From Acidobacteriota bacterium (lineage in GTDB: Bacteria; Acidobacteriota; UBA6911; JACQSX01), in contig DASXQR010000114.1 in assembly GCA_036507075.1 (NCBI GenBank), positions 1 through 12,243 of the forward strand: a DNA stretch of 12,243 nucleotides, read 5' to 3'. Positions 6,904 through 12,243 of the stretch are shown here, piece after piece (the first letter of the stretch is position 1; every line of letters begins with the position of its first letter). The notes under the pieces are model-generated. The model searched no databases and was not told the origin of the DNA. It saw only the letters and a program-made list of their open reading frames with translations. The position numbers and the translations under genes were made by a program.

Positions 6904-7938
6904 TTGAAACTTACAGAAAACCTCAATCTTTCCACCTTCACAACGTTCGGCATCGGCGGTCCTGCCCGCTGGTCGGCCGAAGTCAAGAACGTTGCTGAAC
7001 TGGAGGAAGCGACCCGCTGGGCGCGGCAGAAAAGTCTGCCGTGGCTGTTTGCGGGCGAGGGGAGCAACATTTTGTTTTCCGATCGTGGATTCGACGGTTT
7101 GCTGATCATCAATCGCATCTCCGGCGTAGAAATCGTGGACCATGGCGCGTCTTTGACGGTATCCGCGCCGGATGCGCAAGCCGATTCCTCGCGGTTCCCG
7201 GTTTTTGTGAAAGCGGGCGGGGGATTGAATCTGATGGAACTGATCCGGTGGGCAAACCGCCAGGGTCTGGGCGGCCTGGAAAAGATGTATGGAATCCCGG
7301 GAAGCGTTGCCGGAGCGGTAGTGGGAAACGCGGGAGCTTACGGGCAGGAAATCCACGAAACGCTGGTAGAGGCGACCGTTTGGGATTCCGGACGGACGCT
7401 GCGGCTGACTCATGCCGATCTTGGTTTCTCGTACCGTCACAGCATCCTGAAGGAGCGGCGTGGGTGGTTTCTTGTGGAGTATGTTCTCCGGCTTCGTCGC
7501 ACTGTTGAGGATCTGCAGAGAATCTCGGATGAAATCCTGGCCACCAGAACCGGGAAGTATCCCCCAGGCTTGAAATGCCCGGGTAGTTTTTTCAAGAATG
7601 TGGAGGCATCGAAAGTACCCGCGGAAGTTCTTGGCCGAATACCCGCCGACTTCATCATGCACGGAAAAATTCCTGCCGGAAAACTACTGGAAAGTGTGGG
7701 AGCCTGCGGCGCGCGGCGCGGGGACATCATGGTGGCGTCTTACCATGGTAATTTGTTTATGAACCTGGGTCGGGGATCATCGGCAGATGTGTTATCGCTG
7801 GCGGGCGAATATGCCAGCCGCGTGCGCGAGAAATTCGGGATTCATCTGGAGCCCGAGGTGCTGATTGTGGACGTCTGTGATACTAAGGACAAGAAAACCG
7901 AGAGGGCGACGGGTCTGGGAGCGTTCCGGTTTTGTTGA
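6904..7938 (+). CDS. murB: UDP-N-acetylenolpyruvoylglucosamine reductase
   Basis: TTFGIGGPA, GEGSNILF, GIPGSVAGAVVGNAGAYG, FSYRHS, GSFFKN, HGNLFMN, LEPEV. TTG 6904 matches the usual MurB N-terminus. Confidence 0.93.
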   Translation: MKLTENLNLSTFTTFGIGGPARWSAEVKNVAELEEATRWARQKSLPWLFAGEGSNILFSDRGFDGLLIINRISGVEIVDHGASLTVSAPDAQADSSRFPVFVKAGGGLNLMELIRWANRQGLGGLEKMYGIPGSVAGAVVGNAGAYGQEIHETLVEATVWDSGRTLRLTHADLGFSYRHSILKERRGWFLVEYVLRLRRTVEDLQRISDEILATRTGKYPPGLKCPGSFFKNVEASKVPAEVLGRIPADFIMHGKIPAGKLLESVGACGARRGDIMVASYHGNLFMNLGRGSSADVLSLAGEYASRVREKFGIHLEPEVLIVDVCDTKDKKTERATGLGAFRFC

Positions 7939-8004
7939 CGCTAATCAACTTTGACCCTCCTCTCTGCGCGGCAGGTTTGAGCGCAGTGATGAATCGAGCA
8001 CTAC

Positions 8005-9306
8005 ATGGCCGGCATCCTTGATACAAAAACTTCAGTCACTGCCAGGACGGCACGCACGCTTCTGATTGAGGGCAGGACTCGCCTTGAAGGATCTTACCGG
8101 GTTCAGGGAAACAAGAATGCCGCCTTACCTCTGATTGCGGCCGCCCTGCTGGCACGCTCGGGAGTGCGATTCCGCAATGTGCCGCGCATCTGGGATGTGG
8201 AAAACATGCTGGCGCTGCTTCGGACGCAGGGAGCGGTTGCCGAGTGGCAGGGTGAGGATCTCTGGATCGACCCGCGGTCCGTCCATTACAGCGCCCTTCC
8301 CGAAGATCTGGTGCACAAACTGCGAGGCGCGATCCTCCTGGTGGGTCCCATGGCTGCGCGCCTGGATGCCATGGAATCGGCATTTCCCGGAGGCTGCCCC
8401 ATCGGAGCTCGGACATTCCAGGCACACTGGGATGTGCTGGAGGCGTATGGCTACGGGGTGACCGAAGACGCGACCAGCTTTCATGTGCGCCGTTTGCGGA
8501 TCTCCGAGCCGCCCGATGTTTACATGAGTGAGTCCTCAGTTACGGCAACCGAGAATGCTTTGATTCTGTTCAGCGCTCTGCGGGGAGGCACGCTTCACAA
8601 TGCGGCCACCGAGCCCCACGTGCTGCAGTTGGCCGATTTTCTTCGCGCCCTGGGAGCCGGCATTGAAACGGGCGCGAATACGTTCCGCGTGCTTCGTCCG
8701 GTCAACCCCTCCGAGCACGACATCACTTTTGCGGTGCAGCCTGATTTTGTCGACGCGGGAACCATGGCGGTGGCTGCGGGGGTCACTGGCGGCCGGATTC
8801 TTTTGGAAAACGTCTGCCGTGAAGACCTGCTCGGCATCGAGCACGTGCTTAAGCAATATGGTGTTGCCTGGGATTGGAAACAGGAGGATCTGGTTGAGGT
8901 TCACGCCACACATCTGAGAAATCCCGCCCGCGTTGTGGTGGGGCTCTGGCCGGGCTTTCCCACCGATCTCGCCAGCCTGGTAATCGTTCTTTCCACGCAG
9001 GGATTCGGGAACACGCTGGTCCACGACTGGATGTACGAGGCGCGAATGTTCTTCGTCGATAAGTTGACACGCATGGGCGCGCGCATCACGTTGTGCGATC
9101 CGCACCGCGTCCTGGTGCAGGGGCCGACGCTGCTGCGGGGCACGGCGCTGGAGTCACCCGATATTCGCGCAGGTATGGCGCTGATTGTTGCGGGACTGGT
9201 GGCAAAAGGACAGACCCGTGTAGAACACGCCGAAGTTGTGTTCCGCGGCTATGAGCGAATCGTGGAAAGACTATCCGCGCTGGGGGCGTCTATCCGGGAA
9301 GATTGA
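8005..9306 (+). CDS. murA: UDP-N-acetylglucosamine 1-carboxyvinyltransferase
   Basis: KNAALP, PGGCPIGAR, SVTATEN, PGFPTD, DIRAG, RGYE. Confidence 0.95.
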   Translation: MAGILDTKTSVTARTARTLLIEGRTRLEGSYRVQGNKNAALPLIAAALLARSGVRFRNVPRIWDVENMLALLRTQGAVAEWQGEDLWIDPRSVHYSALPEDLVHKLRGAILLVGPMAARLDAMESAFPGGCPIGARTFQAHWDVLEAYGYGVTEDATSFHVRRLRISEPPDVYMSESSVTATENALILFSALRGGTLHNAATEPHVLQLADFLRALGAGIETGANTFRVLRPVNPSEHDITFAVQPDFVDAGTMAVAAGVTGGRILLENVCREDLLGIEHVLKQYGVAWDWKQEDLVEVHATHLRNPARVVVGLWPGFPTDLASLVIVLSTQGFGNTLVHDWMYEARMFFVDKLTRMGARITLCDPHRVLVQGPTLLRGTALESPDIRAGMALIVAGLVAKGQTRVEHAEVVFRGYERIVERLSALGASIRED

Positions 9307-9320
9307 ACGCCAAAACGATG

Positions 9321-9526
9321 GAACCGCCAAGAGCGCTAAGGGCGCCAAGATTCCAAAGCACAAAGTGCCGTACTTTGTCGACTGGCTAAGTCATCTACAC
9401 AACGATCATCGGTCATTAGTCAACGGTCATCGGTCAACCGTCGTCGGTAGCTACTCAGCGGTTATCGATAATGACCAATGCCTACTGAAATAAGATACTT
9501 GGCGGTCTTGGCGATCTTGGCGGTTC
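9321..9526. repeat. Nested inverted-repeat element: outer 9-mer arms enclosing inner 7-mer arms
   Basis: Outer arms 9321-9349 and 9498-9526 with a perfect 12-bp terminal IR GAACCGCCAAGA/TCTTGGCGGTTC. Inner (TCATCGG-like)6 at 9406-9447 and (CCAATGA-like)3 at 9468-9488. Confidence 0.9.
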
Positions 9527-9995
9527 AGCTTTGGCGTTTCTCGCGGAAGAACTCCTGCAACAGCGACGCACACTCCTCTTTACGGAATCCCCCCTGAGCC
9601 GAAACCCTGTGGTTTAGCTGTGGAGTTTCAAAGAATTTCTGTGTGGATTGGGCGGCTCCCCCTTTCGGATCGAGTGCGCCAAAAAAAAGATGGCGAATGC
9701 GCGCGTGAACCATCGCGCCGGCGCACATGGCACAGGGTTCAATAGTGGCGTAGAGATCGCAGTCCGCCAGACGGTAATTCTTCAAAGCCGCGGCGGCATC
9801 CCGCAGCGCCACGATCTCTGCATGCGCGGTGGGATCCAGATCGTTGATCATCCGATTGTGGCCGCGGCCCACAATCTTTCCCATAAACACAACAACAGCG
9901 CCCACGGGAACTTCGCCTTCCAGGCTCGCCTGTTCCGCTTCCACCAATGCTTCGTCCATAAAGCGCTGTTCGTAAAAACCGGCAGCAGGTTGCAT
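9525..9995 (-). CDS. tadA: tRNA adenosine(34) deaminase
   Basis: GEVPVGAV, DPTAHAEIVALR, NYRL, TIEPCAMCAGAMVHARI, GA.DPKGGA, LNH. Confidence 0.95.
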   Translation of the reverse strand: MQPAAGFYEQRFMDEALVEAEQASLEGEVPVGAVVVFMGKIVGRGHNRMINDLDPTAHAEIVALRDAAAALKNYRLADCDLYATIEPCAMCAGAMVHARIRHLFFGALDPKGGAAQSTQKFFETPQLNHRVSAQGGFRKEECASLLQEFFREKRQS

Positions 9996-10003
9996 GCCTG
10001 CTG

Positions 10004-10033
10004 TTTTACCGCGAAGGCGCCAGGGAGGCGAAG
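10004..10033. repeat. Left-type arm of the CCRCNAAG repeat family
   Basis: TTTTA CCGCGAAG GCGCCAGG GAGGCGAAG. Confidence 0.6.
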
Positions 10034-10051
10034 GAATTCGATAAATTCAGC

Positions 10052-10441
10052 TCACCCGGCATATCGGCGCAATTGAGGAATCCAGTTGAAATGAGTGTCG
10101 AAGGAAAACAGCAGAACGTCGTAGTGCAGCGCCAGCGCGGCAATTGCCAGGTCGGATACAGGAACAGTGTGGCCGCCGGCACGGAGACCGGCTCCGATCA
10201 TGCCGGCGTCATTCCATATCTGCCGGGTCATTTCTATATAAGGAAGCCCTTCCAGGGCTGCGGCGAGTTTCCGTTCCTGCTGCCGGCGGCGGACGCCCTG
10301 CAGCAGCTCTGCCATCACGATGCCGCACAAAAGAGCACGGCGCGAACGCAGGATCATTCTCATTTCGTGTCGATAAGGGGATTCAACGCCACGCAGGAAG
10401 TTGATCCAGATACAGGTATCCACCAGAACATCGGCGCTCAA
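10052..10441 (-). CDS. vapC: PIN-domain VapC toxin
   Basis: VLVDTCIWI, IVMAELLQG, SDLAIAALA, FDTHF acidic tetrad; TTG start overlaps the upstream TGA (TTGA). Confidence 0.92.
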   Translation of the reverse strand: MSADVLVDTCIWINFLRGVESPYRHEMRMILRSRRALLCGIVMAELLQGVRRRQQERKLAAALEGLPYIEMTRQIWNDAGMIGAGLRAGGHTVPVSDLAIAALALHYDVLLFSFDTHFNWIPQLRRYAG

Positions 10442-10791
10442 CGCTTGTCCCTGGTGGCGGGACGCTGTTTGCGGCGCCCTTTGTGCTGGGGATTTGCGGC
10501 AAATCTCCGATTTTGGACTGCCGCAGTCGACTTTGACGCTCTGGAGTTTGACAACTCTTCAGATCCGGATTTCGAATCCAATCCGGAATCCTCAGAAAGT
10601 TCCCGTTCCTCGTCTGCCTCCCAGTCAGGATCGACATCAATGCGTCCCTCGAGCGCAAGAACTTCCTGCGAGCTGCGAGCGGCCACATATTCGCTGAGAG
10701 CCTCGCGGACCAGAGCAGAAAGGGAATCGGCCTGCGATAGCCTTTTTGCCTGCTTCACCAGTGCGCCATCCAGAATGATCGTCGTTCGCAT
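10438..10791 (-). CDS. vapB: VapB-type antitoxin (RHH-like) with a long C-terminal extension
   Basis: MRTTIILD..LV..A.........LVREAL...V.......L.L.G.I typical of VapB antitoxins; translationally coupled to vapC. Confidence 0.85.
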   Translation of the reverse strand: MRTTIILDGALVKQAKRLSQADSLSALVREALSEYVAARSSQEVLALEGRIDVDPDWEADEERELSEDSGLDSKSGSEELSNSRASKSTAAVQNRRFAANPQHKGRRKQRPATRDKR

Positions 10792-10797
10792 CACACT

Positions 10798-10822
10798 ATA
10801 ATATCATACTTTTGATATGCAA
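10798..10822 (-). promoter_or_regulatory. vapBC promoter with overlapping palindromic operator
   Basis: TGA-TATTAT, 6 nt, ATG; TTGCAT at 10822-10817; inverted repeat ATATCA-N6-TGATAT at 10801-10818. Confidence 0.65.
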
Positions 10823-10847
10823 CGGATATTGGTCATTTTTGCATCAT

Positions 10848-10898
10848 GTTGGGGCTTGGTGCCTTGGTGGAAAAAAAATGAACCACCAAGACAACAAG
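10848..10898. repeat. Back-to-back right-type and left-type octamer arms
   Basis: GTTGGGG CTTGGTGC CTTGGTGG, A8TG, AACCACCAAG ACAACAAG. Confidence 0.75.
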
Positions 10899-10960
10899 AC
10901 AGGTTGTTGCTGTTTTGCGCTGATCCGCAACGCTTGGTTCTTTAACAAGACCTCTCGGAT

Positions 10961-11023
10961 CCAATGACCAATGACCAATGACCAATGACCAATGACCAAT
11001 GACCAGTGACCAGTGACTGCTGA
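10961..11023. repeat. Heptamer tandem array (CCAATGA)6(CCAGTGA)2(CTGCTGA)
   Basis: Direct reading of the sequence. Confidence 0.97.
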
Positions 11024-11081
11024 CTGAAAACCGACAAGCACACATTTGTACCCCGGACGCCTTTGTGGTGAAATACGCGGC

Positions 11082-12131
11082 ATGAAAAAAATCTTACTTA
11101 CTCTGCTGCTTTTCTGGACGGTGGCAGTGTTTGCCAAGTCCCCCAAGAAAGGTTTGGAAATCCGTTTTATCGACGTGGAGGGCGGAGCGGCAACCTTGAT
11201 CGTGACCCCCCTGGGAGAGAGCGTGCTGGTTGACACGGGGTGGAAACGGGACGACAAGCGCGATGCGCTTCGAATCACGAAAGCTGCGCGTGACGCCGGT
11301 TTGCAGCAGATCGACCATCTGGTTACGACGCACTTCCATCGAGACCACTACGGGGGAATTCTGGCGCTCAGCCAAATGATTCCAATTGGAAAGTTCTATG
11401 ACCATGGACCGATGACCGCGTTGGCGGAAGACAAGGATTTTGCTTCTTTGTACGCAGACTACAACCAGGCAACCGGTGGAAGGCAGATCCAGCTTCGCCC
11501 CGGGGATGCCATTCCCCTGAAAGCCGGCAAGAAGATTCCAATTCTGCTTCGCTGCCTGGTCTCCGCGCGCGCAACGTTGCCTGCGCCCCCAGGCGCGCCG
11601 GCAAACCGGCTCTGCATGGATTTGCAACCGCAGCCGGAAGACCCCAGTGACAACTCCGCCAGTGTCGGCTTGCATCTGAAGTACGGCGCGTTTGATTTTC
11701 TCGATCTGGGGGACCTGACGCGCGCCATGGAGGCAAAGCTGGTCTGTCCGGTCAATGTAATCGGCCGGATTGACTTGTATCAGGTGACTCATCACGGCAA
11801 TAACACCAGCAACCTGCCGATCCTGATCGAGAGCGTCCACGCATCTGTGGCCGTTATCAATAACGGACCGGCCAAAGGCGGAAACGCGGAAACCTATGAT
11901 GTACTGAAATCAATGTTGAGTATCCGGGACGTTTTCCAGTTGCATCGAAATCTTCAGACTGCCGAGTGGAACAACACGCGCGAGTGGAACATTGCCAACA
12001 TGGAAAACGAACAGGCGTGCCGGGGCAACGGCATCCGTGTAATGGTCAGCGAAGACAGCAAGTCGTTCGTGGTGATCAACGAACGCTTCGGTCCGGTGAA
12101 AAAACCGATACCATACCGGGTCGATCCGTAA
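11082..12131 (+). CDS. Secreted MBL-fold metallo-hydrolase, ComEC/Rec2-like stand-alone domain
   Basis: Signal peptide MKKILLTLLLFWTVAVFA; FIDVEGG.ATLI, VDTG, THFHRDHYGG, N..S, GDL, HHG. Confidence 0.88.
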   Translation: MKKILLTLLLFWTVAVFAKSPKKGLEIRFIDVEGGAATLIVTPLGESVLVDTGWKRDDKRDALRITKAARDAGLQQIDHLVTTHFHRDHYGGILALSQMIPIGKFYDHGPMTALAEDKDFASLYADYNQATGGRQIQLRPGDAIPLKAGKKIPILLRCLVSARATLPAPPGAPANRLCMDLQPQPEDPSDNSASVGLHLKYGAFDFLDLGDLTRAMEAKLVCPVNVIGRIDLYQVTHHGNNTSNLPILIESVHASVAVINNGPAKGGNAETYDVLKSMLSIRDVFQLHRNLQTAEWNNTREWNIANMENEQACRGNGIRVMVSEDSKSFVVINERFGPVKKPIPYRVDP

Positions 12132-12135
12132 ACTG

Positions 12136-12189
12136 CCACGAAGCCACGATGACACGAAGTGACTTTGTGTCCTTTGTGCCCTTTGTGGT
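12136..12189. repeat. Empty inverted element: three 8-mer left units and three 9-mer right units; possible terminator
   Basis: CCACGAAG CCACGATG ACACGAAG, tga, CTTTGTGTC CTTTGTGCC CTTTGTGGT; starts 5 bp after the stop codon. Confidence 0.85.
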
Positions 12190-12243
12190 CCAAGAATTCT
12201 TGCTCGAATTTTTGGAATTAAGTACCAGGACGAACTTCGAGTC

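Noticed and set aside
9525..10791. tadA-vapBC as a deaminase-based defence system
   Set aside because: TadA has canonical housekeeping motifs and length; adjacency is better explained by vapBC insertion.
10833..11278. Minus-strand ORFs containing HWSLVIG repeats
   Set aside because: Translation of the CCAATGA array; antisense to the MBL gene.
476..12193. Other long antisense or alternate-frame ORFs (e.g. 476-1144, 6865-7662, 10073-10801, 11094-11840)
   Set aside because: Shadow ORFs of well-supported genes in GC-rich DNA, with no recognisable motifs.
1..12243. Autonomous IS, integron or prophage
   Set aside because: No transposase, integrase, attC-like site or phage gene recognised.
12218..12243. 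Possible 3' end of a minus-strand gene (..LEVRPGT*)
   Set aside because: Only about 8 codons are visible; cannot be supported.

Overview
A 12.2-kb, moderately GC-rich bacterial chromosomal segment. The gene set loosely resembles Acidobacteriota, but that is not established. It holds mostly housekeeping and conserved hypothetical genes: the 5' end of a minus-strand gene, a KynB/cyclase-family hydrolase, an orphan amidohydrolase 3' fragment, a tandem two-domain ThyX, a DUF2339 membrane protein, an ErpA/IscA Fe-S carrier, a zinc-ribbon/DUF4870 protein, DUF309, a small membrane ORF, murB-murA, tadA, a vapBC toxin-antitoxin pair and a secreted ComEC-like MBL-fold hydrolase. The unexplained structure is intergenic. 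Many gene junctions contain arms of short (7-, 8- or 9-bp) tandem repeats arranged as inverted pairs, from several different unit families. These appear empty (short spacer), nested inside one another, back-to-back, and apparently loaded: one pair brackets vapBC, another may bracket kynB plus the gene fragment. No transposase or recombinase is present. I propose a non-autonomous repeat-arm cassette system as a hypothesis; its mobility and mechanism cannot be shown from this window.
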